A DNA stretch of 64,000 bases from an uncultured Poribacteria bacterium (GTDB taxonomy: Bacteria; Poribacteria; WGA-4E; WGA-3G). The position numbers were made by a program, and so were the translations under genes. Location: the NCBI GenBank assembly GCA_951813565.1, contig OX638351.1, forward strand, positions 2,112,001 through 2,176,000, in the 5' to 3' direction. This document shows, in pieces, positions 7,892 to 17,838 of this stretch. The first letter of the stretch is position 1, and every line of letters begins with the position of its first letter. The notes beneath the pieces are model-generated. The model was given only the letters and a program-made list of their open reading frames with translations. It did no database searches and was not told where the DNA came from.

Positions 7892-8803
7892 CTATTCGTC
7901 AAATCCCAAACGTTTTACCTCGGTCTGTAGGGAGATACCCATCTTTTCGCGGACCTGCTTTTGGATATATGCGACTAAGTCTAAAACATCTGCCGCTGTC
8001 GCGTTGTCCATATTGAGTATAAAATTACCGTGAACTGTAGATACCTCTGCGCCACCGATACGATGCCCTTTCAAACCACTAATGTCTATTAGTCGTCCTG
8101 CTGAATCACCAGGAGGATTTTTGAAAATACATCCTGCATTCTCTTCGGCAAAAGGTTGTGTTTCGGTTTTCTGTTTGAAAAAGTCTTGCATCTGTGCTGT
8201 AATTGTGTCTACGTCACCATGTTGAAGTTTGAGCGTAGCACCTACAACACAAAAATAAGCATTCAGTCCGCTGCGCCGATATTCAAAATTTGCTTCGTCG
8301 TGAGTTAACTTAATGAGTTCACCCGTATCACGCATTACGGTTACATCCGTCACGACATCCCCGAAACTACTCCCCCATGCACCAGCGTTCATAATGAGCG
8401 CACCGCCTACGGAGCCAGGGATACCGAGGGCAAATTCTACACCGCTCAATCCCTGTTTGGACATAACTTTGGATAGACCTGGTAATGGATATCCCGCACC
8501 AACGGTGACTACGTTCCCATCAACCTCCAGTTTTGCTAATTCGTCGATTAACCTGACACTGATACCACTGAAACCTTTATCGTTTACCAGTAGGTTTGAG
8601 CCGCGACCAATGATTGCAACAGGAACTTCCCATTTTTGATGGAAACGTGCTAATGCTGCCAATTCATTTATTGTGTTCACTTCTATGTAGGCAGTTGTTT
8701 CTCCACCAATGCCGAAGTAGGTATGTTTTGCGAGTGGTTCCCCGAACCGCAACCGTATATCGGGTTGCGTTATAATTTTCGGTAGCGCTTCTTTCCAATC
8801 CAT
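7892..8803 (-). CDS. murB: UDP-N-acetylenolpyruvoylglucosamine reductase
   Basis: IGRGSNLLV, GIPGSVGGALIMNAGA, FEYRRS, AGCIFKNP, HGNFILN. Confidence 0.96.
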   Translation of the reverse strand: MDWKEALPKIITQPDIRLRFGEPLAKHTYFGIGGETTAYIEVNTINELAALARFHQKWEVPVAIIGRGSNLLVNDKGFSGISVRLIDELAKLEVDGNVVTVGAGYPLPGLSKVMSKQGLSGVEFALGIPGSVGGALIMNAGAWGSSFGDVVTDVTVMRDTGELIKLTHDEANFEYRRSGLNAYFCVVGATLKLQHGDVDTITAQMQDFFKQKTETQPFAEENAGCIFKNPPGDSAGRLIDISGLKGHRIGGAEVSTVHGNFILNMDNATAADVLDLVAYIQKQVREKMGISLQTEVKRLGFDE

Positions 8804-8907
8804 TATGTCCTTCCTTTTGTTTCAATTATAACATATAAGTTGTGAGGTATCAATATATGATTAAATTTCATCAGAGGCATTCAATTGTCGGCTTATTATC
8901 TATTTTA

Positions 8908-9394
8908 ACCCAAGTTGCTACCTATAAGATTTTAGACACACAAACGCCATTTTTAATAAAGAACAGTTCGTTATTGGTGAAATATTGTAGCGCAAACTTT
9001 ATGAAGATTAATTTATTAATTCGGTCCTTTTGATCTTTTTTCTGTCTGAATCGCGGAAAACGCGGAGAACACCAAATCAACGGTCCGAATCATGGCGAAT
9101 GCCATACGGGGAATGCCAGCAGGCATTCATACCGTTGATTTGGCGCATTCGTCTTTAGGCATTCCCCGGAGAACACGGAAAATGCTATTGTGTTTCCATA
9201 TTTACCTTCACAAATAAACAGGTTGGATTATCAAAACATTCTTCTTTCCGCGTTTTCCGCGCCTTCCGTGATTCAGACAACCAGATAATGAACCTCACAC
9301 AAGAAAACATAAAACAAGATGTCGATGGTTAGGAAATTACCGAAATATTTTTTTATCTTCATAAAGTTTGTGCTACATAGGTGGCAACTTAGGT
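8908..9394. mobile_element. MITE with ACC(C/T)AAGTTGC(C/T)ACCTA TIR and 7-bp TSD
   Basis: TSD tatttta at 8901-8907 and 9395-9401; same TIR family as 63143-63334. Confidence 0.85.
8986..9377. mobile_element. Nested TIR element (TGTAGC(A/G)CAAACTTTATGAAGAT)
   Basis: 23-bp inverted repeat with 1 mismatch; no clear TSD. Confidence 0.72.
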
Positions 9395-9717
9395 TATTTT
9401 AGTCGAAATGTCGATGTCGCGAGCTGGAGCTCGCTCCTACAAGAAGATACCTTTGGTAGAAGGTAGAACTATTGGAGAATTGAATGGCTCTGAAATTTCA
9501 TTGATAAACATAGGATCTGTTGCATAGATATGGATTCCAGTTGGTAGAAATTAAAAAACGAACCTTTTTTGAATAGACTTGACTAAACAAACGAAACTGA
9601 ATTGAACACTCTTTGGTAATGATATTTAGTATTCAATAGAGTGTGACACAATCACTATAATTTGGAACGATAACCTTATCTGAGACCAAGGTTACAGGTT
9701 CCACTAAGGAGAAAAAA

Positions 9718-10254
9718 ATGAAGCAGAAATTTTTCGTACTCAGCGCAATCGCACTTATAGCAGTAGTCGGTCTTTTTGTATTTGAACATGCAACGTCAGC
9801 ACAACGTCCTGATCGAGACGCGCAGCCCGGACAAAATCAACGTGGTAATCGCGCTGGCGGTGACAGAGGTGGCAGGGACATGATGGGCATGTTTAATCCA
9901 GCTTCTTTTGTTAATAATTCATGGTTGGATTTGTCGTTTCAGGTGAAAGTTGATGATGAAACACTTATGAAGGCGCGTCCTATCCATCAGGCAGCTATTG
10001 ATAAATTTGAAACGAAGATGAAAGAGATTCGTGAATCCGGTGATATGCGAGCAGGTATGGCAGAGATGCCGACTTTTTCCCAAAACACTATCAAAGAGTT
10101 GCAGGCTGGGCTCAAAGAAGTATTGACTAAAGAGGAGTTGTCAAAACTGACCGAATTGATGAAAAAACGGACAGAAGCCGATGCGGAACGCAGAAACAGA
10201 TTCCGTGGTGGCCAAGGACAAGGTGGACAACGGGGTCAGCGTCCTTCTCAATAA
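9718..10254 (+). CDS. Secreted hypothetical protein, helical, with G/Q/R-rich termini
   Basis: AAGGAG RBS, signal peptide, downstream terminator. Confidence 0.8.
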   Translation: MKQKFFVLSAIALIAVVGLFVFEHATSAQRPDRDAQPGQNQRGNRAGGDRGGRDMMGMFNPASFVNNSWLDLSFQVKVDDETLMKARPIHQAAIDKFETKMKEIRESGDMRAGMAEMPTFSQNTIKELQAGLKEVLTKEELSKLTELMKKRTEADAERRNRFRGGQGQGGQRGQRPSQ

Positions 10255-10276
10255 TGTTTTTTCATAACAACCAATC

Positions 10277-10305
10277 AGGTCGGGTGTATTCGCCCGACCT
10301 TTTTT
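10277..10305 (+). terminator. Rho-independent terminator
   Basis: aggtcggg-tgtattcg-cccgacct followed by T run. Confidence 0.75.
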
Positions 10306-10389
10306 GTTACATTTATCGGATTTGGACCGCTTCCGAGATAAAAGGTGCCATTTATCGGAGTTGAAAACTCCTCTTATAAGAGATTGTGT

Positions 10390-12804
10390 CTAACGGTCAT
10401 CAAGCACTTCGTTAACGTTATAGTTTAGTTCTCCAAGCCACTGCCGAATCGTAGCACTTCGCTCTGTATCGTTCTGTGCTTCAAAACCTTTTGCCAATTG
10501 TATTCCCGTATGATATAGAATCTGCTGATGTTTTTCCGATTTGCTATCTTTTGCTTGTTCATACTTCGTGAGTGCAGCGTCAGGTTGTTTCTGGTTCAAT
10601 AAGCAGATAGCGAGTAAGCATCGTGCGCGGATCAATTTATCCGCTTTACTTTTCTCAAAAAGGCGGTTGGCAACTTGCGATTCAAGCGAAACCAAATTTA
10701 GATATGTTGATCTGTTCCGCGGATCTTTAGCAATAACCCTTTCAAATGCTGTTAATGCTTCTGAAAATTCACCCTGAACGAGATATAAATAACCGATGAT
10801 ATTGTTAATAATAACATCTCTTTCAGTTTCGGGAATTGCCGTAAACTGAGCAAGGGCGGCTGGATAATTTTTTTGCTGCACCAAGGCATTTCCACGGCGA
10901 ATGTAAAGGTTAATCTGTTCTGTTGTTGCTTGCTGATTGTTAGGTTCGCCCTTTAAGACATGTGCAAGCTCAGCTTGCGCGCGCTGATAATCTCCTATGT
11001 TTTGATATGCGTGCGCTAAACTCACACGAAGATTAGAGGCAGTCGGAAGGAGTGTCACGGCTTTCTGAAGTAGTTCAATAGCGGCACGGTAATTTTTCTG
11101 ATTTATGAGGTCTTGGGCAGACTGATGATATGCTGCGATCAGATTATGTCGAGCTTGAGACGTATCAGGTTCTGCCATATAAACTTTTTGAAAAGCAGAG
11201 ACAGCATCCGAAAAATTACGTTTTTTGAGGTATAATTCACCGAGCAAACTGGAGATATGGGTATCGTTTGGGTGAAGTTTTTGTAATTCAAGATAGGTTT
11301 TGATAGCCTCATCTACTTGTCCCAATTTGCGGTGGTTGTTAGCTTTTTGCCAAAACGCGTCACTTAAGTTAGTACGTGAGATATGGAATTTTGGATATAC
11401 TTCGAGTGCCTTGCGATAGGCGGCAATAGCATCATCCCATTTTTTACTATTTCTAAGGGTGACCCCATGATTATTATAGCATTGTGCGAGCCCTCGCTTC
11501 GCTAATCTACTGACAGGATTCAATTCAAGTGCTTTTTGATAATGCTGAATGGCAGTCGTGTAGCGCTCGGCACTTGCATATCCGTCTCCCATTAACATAT
11601 ATGTCGTTGAATCCAGCGGATTAAGTTGGGTAATTTTTTCAAAAATACCCATCGCCGATGCGAAGTCTTTTGCATTCAAGGCGTAGAAAGCCTTTTCTCT
11701 GAAAAGCTGATGTAGGTTATGTTTTGCGGCTTTGTGAAAAGGTTCAAGCTTAACGGCTCTTTCAAAAGCCTCTATTGCCCTATTAACCTCACCTTGATGA
11801 TAGTAGTGAATACCGAGCGTGTTATAGTCTGCAGCACTCGGTTTTTCTTTTACCCTCTGTTCAAGCAGATTAATCGCTGTCCCTAATTGTCCTGTTTCTT
11901 GATAAGCCTGCAGAAGTTTCTCAATAGCAGGTTGAAAGTTTTCATTGCGTTTAAGGCAATCCTTAAAACTACCAATTGCGGATTCCATATCCCCTTTATC
12001 AAAATAAACAGCACCAAGCAAGTAGCGAGGATAGTGCTGCCTTGGTGCCAATGCAATTTCGGTTTTCAAGGCGTTGATAGCGGTGTTGTGCTGTGGTGTA
12101 TCAATTGGTGTGCTATAGAGTTTACGAAGCGTGTTTATATCGCGTTGTGTTGGGTGCTGTGCTGTCGCCGTAGGATAACAAATATCGCCAGGATGAGGAC
12201 TGTGTCCCCACAATCCAAGTGCGTGTGCAAACTCGTGTAGACATACCGTCCGCATTTCCTCTTGAGACAATTCCATAACGGTTTCATCACCTTCCAGCAT
12301 AAGTATAATTTCTACTCTAAAATTATCTTTGTTTGTGTCCCTTGTTGTTTCAGAGTTATTGGTTGGGATTTGCTGTGTTTGTCTGGCTTTGCTGGTGTAT
12401 CCGGTAGAATGTGAAAAAGTCCTCACTGTGTTATCCAAACGTGTTAACACCGCACTACCGAGCCGCGTGTCATGAATATCCATAAGGCTACTAAATCCCC
12501 AACTAACACGTATATCTGCGTTCGCGGGTATATCGGTTTCTTTGAAACGGATCAATCCTTCAGTAGCAGTTTCCCATTTGCGCATCGCGTATTGCAGTTC
12601 TGCCAAGTATGGACTCTCTTTTATGACCGGTGAAATATATACCTGTATCGGCATCTGTGTAAAGCGGGTGATTCTACCATCAGAGAATAGGGTGATGTGG
12701 TCAAAGTAATCTGCGTTAGAAGACTCTTGTGCTGTTCCGTGTGTTATGGATATGAGGGATATGAGGGCTACACACAAAAAAGTGGACAATATCTTGATTG
12801 ACAT
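10390..12804 (-). CDS. Secreted matrixin-like (metzincin) metallopeptidase with a long TPR array
   Basis: Signal peptide; HEFAHALGLWGHS; many TPR units after about aa 250. Confidence 0.88.
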   Translation of the reverse strand: MSIKILSTFLCVALISLISITHGTAQESSNADYFDHITLFSDGRITRFTQMPIQVYISPVIKESPYLAELQYAMRKWETATEGLIRFKETDIPANADIRVSWGFSSLMDIHDTRLGSAVLTRLDNTVRTFSHSTGYTSKARQTQQIPTNNSETTRDTNKDNFRVEIILMLEGDETVMELSQEEMRTVCLHEFAHALGLWGHSPHPGDICYPTATAQHPTQRDINTLRKLYSTPIDTPQHNTAINALKTEIALAPRQHYPRYLLGAVYFDKGDMESAIGSFKDCLKRNENFQPAIEKLLQAYQETGQLGTAINLLEQRVKEKPSAADYNTLGIHYYHQGEVNRAIEAFERAVKLEPFHKAAKHNLHQLFREKAFYALNAKDFASAMGIFEKITQLNPLDSTTYMLMGDGYASAERYTTAIQHYQKALELNPVSRLAKRGLAQCYNNHGVTLRNSKKWDDAIAAYRKALEVYPKFHISRTNLSDAFWQKANNHRKLGQVDEAIKTYLELQKLHPNDTHISSLLGELYLKKRNFSDAVSAFQKVYMAEPDTSQARHNLIAAYHQSAQDLINQKNYRAAIELLQKAVTLLPTASNLRVSLAHAYQNIGDYQRAQAELAHVLKGEPNNQQATTEQINLYIRRGNALVQQKNYPAALAQFTAIPETERDVIINNIIGYLYLVQGEFSEALTAFERVIAKDPRNRSTYLNLVSLESQVANRLFEKSKADKLIRARCLLAICLLNQKQPDAALTKYEQAKDSKSEKHQQILYHTGIQLAKGFEAQNDTERSATIRQWLGELNYNVNEVLDDR

Positions 12805-12868
12805 AAAGATTCCTTGAAAGAAATAAATATAACTTAGTAAGCGTTAGATAAAAGCACTACCTAAGACA

Positions 12869-12897
12869 ATTATATTATTATTCACATATTCTGTCAA
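12869..12897 (-). promoter_or_regulatory. Perfect-consensus sigma70 promoter for the peptidase-TPR gene
   Basis: Minus strand TTGACA-17 nt-TATAAT. Confidence 0.78.
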
Positions 12898-12914
12898 GTT
12901 TTGATTTAAGGAGG

Positions 12915-13302
12915 CAGAGCCGTTCAATTGTCGCGAAGTCCTCGTGTGGAAGGGCTTTGTCCGCCCGATTTTGGTTCAAATTAAATGAGGAGTGTGCATA
13001 AATATTTGACGCATCAACACAGACAAGGACAGACGCCAGGTGCCGCTTGATTTATAGAAATGCGTTTGTAGTCGCGCAATTCATTGCGCCTCTTTTTAGC
13101 GCCTTTTGAGGTGTTGTTTCACACTTCTGTATTCAAAAAATGTCGGTATTAGAATTTGACTGACTATTATAGCGGATTCTACAATTAACTGGACATCTGA
13201 GCTGTCCGAGGGAACTCCGATTCCCGACTACCAGCGGTTTCGTCGCGATTCGGAGATCGCTCCTACAGAATATATGTGAACTTATTTACATAATTTACTA
13301 TA
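12915..13302. repeat. Cluster of partial MITEs and REPs
   Basis: Left ends of the 8872- and 7559-type elements, an uninterrupted REP gtagtcgcgcaattcattgcgcc (13068-13090), and a TATAG-type cassette at 13168-13302. Confidence 0.7.
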
Positions 13303-13326
13303 ATGTCAAAAACTTTCTACACCCAA

Positions 13327-13355
13327 TTGACACAAATTGTTATATGTGTTAAAAT
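13327..13355 (+). promoter_or_regulatory. Candidate rpsF operon promoter
   Basis: TTGACA-17 nt-TAAAAT. Confidence 0.55.
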
Positions 13356-13503
13356 ATAATTTACAATTGATTGATTCTCGTGTGCCTGAAATAATTCTCT
13401 AAACTTGATTTAAAGTTGATATACCGATTGAAATGTGTTATAATTATGTCACCTTAGAACAATTTAGAAAGGGCCTATTCAACAGATAGAACTATATATT
13501 TAA

Positions 13504-13551
13504 TCTCTGCTCCCTGATTTACACAGTGGAGCCGTGAGTCCATAGAGAGGT
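13504..13551 (+). promoter_or_regulatory. Probable S6:S18 autoregulatory mRNA leader
   Basis: ctct...agag stem sequestering the SD, inner tgga/tcca stem with an unpaired CCG, directly upstream of rpsF. Confidence 0.55.
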
Positions 13552-13558
13552 ATAGAAA

Positions 13559-13984
13559 TTGAAACCGTACGAACTTATGCTTATCATTACCCCTGACCAT
13601 GAGGAAAATGAAGCGGAAGCATTCATTGAAAACGTCAAGGGTATAATTGAAAATGGCGGAAATATCATTAATATAGATGTTTGGGGGAAGAGACGACTCG
13701 CCTATCCAATACGGAAGCGCAGCGAAGGTTATTACGCAGTTTATGTTTTTGAGAGCGAGCCGAGTTTCGTCGCGCAGTTGAACCAAGCACTCCGTGTTCT
13801 TGAAGCAATTTTACGACACATGATTGTGCTCTACGAAGATGACGTTGAGAAGTTGAAAACAGCACAAACAGACGCGGCAGCATCTGAAGTTCCGGCTGAT
13901 GATACTGCCGAAGAGACACCTGATTCTGCAGAAGAGCCAGCAGAATCAAGTGAAGATGCTGTAGAACCTGCCGAATCTGTTTAA
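13559..13984 (+). CDS. rpsF: 30S ribosomal protein S6 with acidic tail
   Basis: YELMLII, WGKRRLAYPI, GYY, ILRHMIV. Confidence 0.96.
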   Translation: MKPYELMLIITPDHEENEAEAFIENVKGIIENGGNIINIDVWGKRRLAYPIRKRSEGYYAVYVFESEPSFVAQLNQALRVLEAILRHMIVLYEDDVEKLKTAQTDAAASEVPADDTAEETPDSAEEPAESSEDAVEPAESV

Positions 13985-14086
13985 AAAACATTATTTTGAA
14001 CTGCGAACCAAACTAACACCAAATGCGCGTATAGCATTTGGCGGATATGTCTATTCCGTTACGCGCTAAAAAGAAAGGAGCATATC

Positions 14087-14560
14087 ATGGCAAGTTATAA
14101 TAAGGTTATTTTGATGGGCAACCTCACCCGTGATCCTGAAGTGAAGTACCTACCGAGCGGAACCGCAGTTGCGAATTTTGGAATCGCTGTGAGTGAACGC
14201 TACACAGACCGACAAACAGGTGAACAGAAGGAAAATGTTTGCTTTGTTGATATTGAGGCATGGGACAGACAAGCCGAACTTGTGAACGAATATTTGAGTA
14301 AGGGGAGCCCTATCTTTATTGAAGGTGCACTCAAATTTGAATCTTGGGAAACCGAGGATGGAACCAAGCGTAGCAAACTAAAAGTCCGACTTTTCAGGTT
14401 GCAATTTATCGGTGGTAGGCGGGATGAAGATGACGCAGGTGGTGGTTATGCGGATGCTACACCTTCAGGTGGTTCAATGTCAGAACCGTCTGGTCAGACG
14501 TCCGCACCATCAGCAGGTGAAAGCAACACATCATCCACGGAGGATGATATCCCGTTCTAA
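14087..14560 (+). CDS. ssb: Single-stranded DNA-binding protein
   Basis: NKVILMGNLTRDPE; C-terminal DDIPF. Confidence 0.97.
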   Translation: MASYNKVILMGNLTRDPEVKYLPSGTAVANFGIAVSERYTDRQTGEQKENVCFVDIEAWDRQAELVNEYLSKGSPIFIEGALKFESWETEDGTKRSKLKVRLFRLQFIGGRRDEDDAGGGYADATPSGGSMSEPSGQTSAPSAGESNTSSTEDDIPF

Positions 14561-14585
14561 ATAAGTTAACAGACCAAATTCAACC

Positions 14586-14614
14586 GAAATTTAGCCTATA
14601 CACGGCTAAATTTC
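14586..14614 (+). terminator. Hairpin after ssb (terminator or stabiliser)
   Basis: gaaatttagcc-tatacac-ggctaaatttc, 11-bp stem. Confidence 0.5.
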
Positions 14615-14758
14615 ACCTTTATACCATACGACGAAATTTTACTCTTACATTATAGATAGGGACGTAATATGGTATCCTAACTTTTTGCATCTACTTGTGC
14701 CAGCAATTTGATATAGCGCTGACACACCGATGCCGAGACTGAAAGGAGTTAAAATAAT

Positions 14759-14959
14759 ATGGCGTATCGTCGGAGATCCCGTTATAGTAAGTTGGAATCT
14801 GTAGATTACAAAGATGTAGATACGTTAAGGAAGTTTGTGAACGAACGCGGAAAGATTGTTAGCCGCCGAGTCTCTGGACTTTCGGCAAAACAACAGCGAA
14901 TGGTAACCCGTGCGATTAAACGGGCGCGGAATATGGCGTTATTGCCTTTTACGCGGTAA
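14759..14959 (+). CDS. rpsR: 30S ribosomal protein S18 (cysteine-free form)
   Basis: [31 protein letters not shown]. Confidence 0.96.
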   Translation: MAYRRRSRYSKLESVDYKDVDTLRKFVNERGKIVSRRVSGLSAKQQRMVTRAIKRARNMALLPFTR

Positions 14960-15085
14960 CTTTGGAGTTATAATTTACACGGTAGCACGGAATCAACACC
15001 GAATGAGTTTAAGATATTCGTCAGATTTCTGTATTGAGGCAACCTTGAGTTGTCTTATTGATTCCTGTGCTGTAAGGATAAAAAA

Positions 15086-15535
15086 ATGGAAGTCATACTC
15101 AAAAAAAGTATTGAAGGATTAGGATCCGCGGGTGATGTTCTGAAAGTTGCAGATGGTTATGCACGCAATTATCTTCTGCCTATGCAATTTGCAGTGCATG
15201 CAACAGAGCGAAATCAGCGGCACTTTGAACATCAGAAACGGGTTATTGATCAACAAGAATCTAAAGACAGAGAACACGCACAAGAAATTGCAGCGCAAAT
15301 TGTTGATGTTACATGTCATCTTACCAGAAGAGCAGGCGAAAACGACCGTCTTTTTGGTTCTGTAACCCCGGCAGATATTGTAGAATCACTGCGTGCATCT
15401 ACTAACCTTGAATTAGATCGACGCGTCATAGATCTCTCCGAACCGATACGTGAACTCGGTGCATTTACAGTCTCTGTAAAACTACACGTAGATGTAACAG
15501 CAGAACTACGCGTCGTTGTTGAGAGGGAAAAATAG
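15086..15535 (+). CDS. rplI: 50S ribosomal protein L9
   Basis: MEVIL, GDVLKVADGYARNYLLP, RLFGSVT. Confidence 0.96.
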   Translation: MEVILKKSIEGLGSAGDVLKVADGYARNYLLPMQFAVHATERNQRHFEHQKRVIDQQESKDREHAQEIAAQIVDVTCHLTRRAGENDRLFGSVTPADIVESLRASTNLELDRRVIDLSEPIRELGAFTVSVKLHVDVTAELRVVVEREK

Positions 15536-15593
15536 GAAGATTTTCTATAGATGTAGGGACAATGTTACATTGTCTCCCATGCAAGGAACGACA

Positions 15594-16931
15594 ATGCAAA
15601 CACAAGCAGTTGACTCCCTCATGGATAAAGAAGCTGAAAGAGCGGTGCTTGGGTCAATGATGACCGAAAAGTCGGTTATTCCACAAGTAGAAGCATTACT
15701 CGGGGCTTCCTCCGATGCGTTCTTTACTACTGATCATCAACTTATCTATACAGCGATTCTTTCTGTTTATAATCGTGTCAACGACGTAGACCCGATTCTT
15801 GTTGCGAACGAGCTGAATCGGATAGAACAGTTGAACCGGGTTGGTGGGTCAGACTACCTTTATGAACTGCAAGCACCTATTGTTGAAACTGAAAGTACTG
15901 AGCACTATGCTGAAATTTTACTGGAGAAGGCAACACGGCGACGGTTAATTCGAACAGCCACTCAAATTCGAGAGCTTGCCCAAGATGAAAGCGTAGAAAT
16001 TAGTGAAGTCCTTGATCAATCGCAGGAGGCAGTTTTTGAAATCGGGCAATCTGATAGCAAACGAGGGTTTGAACATATTCGCTCGTTGCTTAAACAGGGT
16101 ATTGAGGTAATAGAAAAACTTTTTCATAAAAAAGACCGATTTTTAGGCATTCCTACAGGCTTCATAGATTTTGATAACCTGACCTCCGGATTACAGCCGG
16201 GAAACTTCATTATTATCGCAGCGCGGCCGGGTATGGGGAAGACAACTTTGGTACTGAATATAGCGCAAAACATTGCGGTTGAACAAAAGCGACCCGTGGC
16301 GATCTTTAATTTTGAGCAACCTGCACAAGATCTCGCACTGCGTATGCTTTCTGCTGAAGCGAAAATTGATTTTCAACGTTTACGTACAGGAAAATTTAGC
16401 GAAGAATATTGGGCACCTTTAGGGCAAAGCATAGGCAGTCTCAGCGAAGCCCCTATCCTGATTAATGATAACCGAGGCATGACTGTACAAGGACTCCGTG
16501 CCGAAGCGAGACGTTTGAAAGGTGAACACGAAGACCTTGCATTGATTATCGTTGACTACCTCCAACTGGTGCGAGGCACAGGACGCTACAGCTCTCGTGA
16601 ACAAGAGATTTCTGAGGTTTCACGTTCTTTAAAAATTCTTGCATGGGAATTGAACGTGCCTGTTATTGCATGCGCACAACTGAGTAGAGAAGTTGAACGG
16701 CGTCCTAACAAACAGCCGCAGCTTTCAGATTTACGAGAATCTGGAGCGATTGAGCAAGATGCAGACTTAGTCGCATTTCTATACCGAGAGGATTATTACG
16801 ACGACCCAGATGAATTCACGGATGACAGGGTTGAAGCGCATTTATTAATTAAAAAGCAACGCAACGGTCCTACTGGAGCACCTATTCTGCATTTCTACAA
16901 GACGCAGATGCGTTTTGAAAATCCAAGTTAA
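15594..16931 (+). CDS. dnaB: Replicative DNA helicase
   Basis: EAERAVLG, AARPGMGKT, IVDYLQL, QLSR, SDLRESGAIEQDAD, KQRNGPTG; no intein. Confidence 0.96.
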   Translation: MQTQAVDSLMDKEAERAVLGSMMTEKSVIPQVEALLGASSDAFFTTDHQLIYTAILSVYNRVNDVDPILVANELNRIEQLNRVGGSDYLYELQAPIVETESTEHYAEILLEKATRRRLIRTATQIRELAQDESVEISEVLDQSQEAVFEIGQSDSKRGFEHIRSLLKQGIEVIEKLFHKKDRFLGIPTGFIDFDNLTSGLQPGNFIIIAARPGMGKTTLVLNIAQNIAVEQKRPVAIFNFEQPAQDLALRMLSAEAKIDFQRLRTGKFSEEYWAPLGQSIGSLSEAPILINDNRGMTVQGLRAEARRLKGEHEDLALIIVDYLQLVRGTGRYSSREQEISEVSRSLKILAWELNVPVIACAQLSREVERRPNKQPQLSDLRESGAIEQDADLVAFLYREDYYDDPDEFTDDRVEAHLLIKKQRNGPTGAPILHFYKTQMRFENPS

Positions 16932-16958
16932 TAAGAACTCTCCGCTGGAATATTTTCT

Positions 16959-17783
16959 ATGCGCACACCTCCTTCTGAGTCAGCGCCTTCGAATGGGTTG
17001 GCGTTCTTAATGAAAAATCGGATTTATCATGCGCTTTCAGAAATAGGGGATGCATTCCGTCTGCTTGGCGAAACCATTTTACAAATTTTCAGGCCTCCGT
17101 TGCAATTTGACCTGTTACTGAAGCAGCTGCTATTTATCGGTTTTAACTCGTTGTCAGTTGTTTTAGTATCTGGGTTCTTCACCGGGATGGTATTAGGCGT
17201 TCAGGGTTATGTGCAGTTGAAACCGTACGCCGTTGAAGGTTCGGTTGCTCAATTCGTCAGTGTATCTGTTGTTAAAGAACTGGGTCCCATGATAACGGCT
17301 TTTGTCCTATCTGGACGTATAGGTGCGTCTATTACAGCAGAACTTTCAACGATGAAGGTAACCGAGCAAATTGACGCGCTGGAAGTGATGGGAACAAATC
17401 CTGTTAAATATCTGGTGGTTCCTCGTTTTCTCGCCTGTTCAATTATGCTCCCAATTCTCACGATTTTTTCAACGTTTGCTGGTATCTTCGGCGGCTATGT
17501 TGCAGTCGTTTCCCTGTTCGGCTTCAACGGCGATTTTTACATCTTGCAGGTCCAGAATAATTTGTATGTTGGAAGTGTGCTGATTAGTTTAATAAAAGCA
17601 ACTTCTTTTGGCATGGCTATAGCAGCGGTTGGTTGCTACAAGGGGTTTAGCATTTCAACTGCTGGCGGGGCAGAAGGTGTCGGAACAGCAACAACTGGTT
17701 CAGCGGTTATATCTTTAATTACTATTCTTGTATTAGACTTTGTGCTAAATCATATCTTGTTTAATATTTTGGGATTGATTTAA
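16959..17783 (+). CDS. mlaE: MlaE-family ABC permease
   Basis: ELGPMITAFVLSGRIGASITAEL, EQIDALEVMG, YLVVPR, GGAEGVG. Confidence 0.92.
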   Translation: MRTPPSESAPSNGLAFLMKNRIYHALSEIGDAFRLLGETILQIFRPPLQFDLLLKQLLFIGFNSLSVVLVSGFFTGMVLGVQGYVQLKPYAVEGSVAQFVSVSVVKELGPMITAFVLSGRIGASITAELSTMKVTEQIDALEVMGTNPVKYLVVPRFLACSIMLPILTIFSTFAGIFGGYVAVVSLFGFNGDFYILQVQNNLYVGSVLISLIKATSFGMAIAAVGCYKGFSISTAGGAEGVGTATTGSAVISLITILVLDFVLNHILFNILGLI

Positions 17784-17838
17784 CGGCAATATCTTTTTGC
17801 GCATGCGGATTAACAGCGGCGAATATAGAACTATTCTT

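Larger units (their letters stand above)
8872..9492. mobile_element. MITE with CAGAG(G/C)CATTCAATT TIR and 9-bp TSD; hosts nested elements
   Basis: TSD aaatttcat at 8863-8871 and 9493-9501; related left end cagagccgttcaattgtcg at ~12915. Confidence 0.82.

Noticed and set aside
15594..16931. Intein or inactivation in DnaB (FNFEQ instead of FSLEM)
   Set aside because: Normal length; the catalytic Glu and all other motifs are retained
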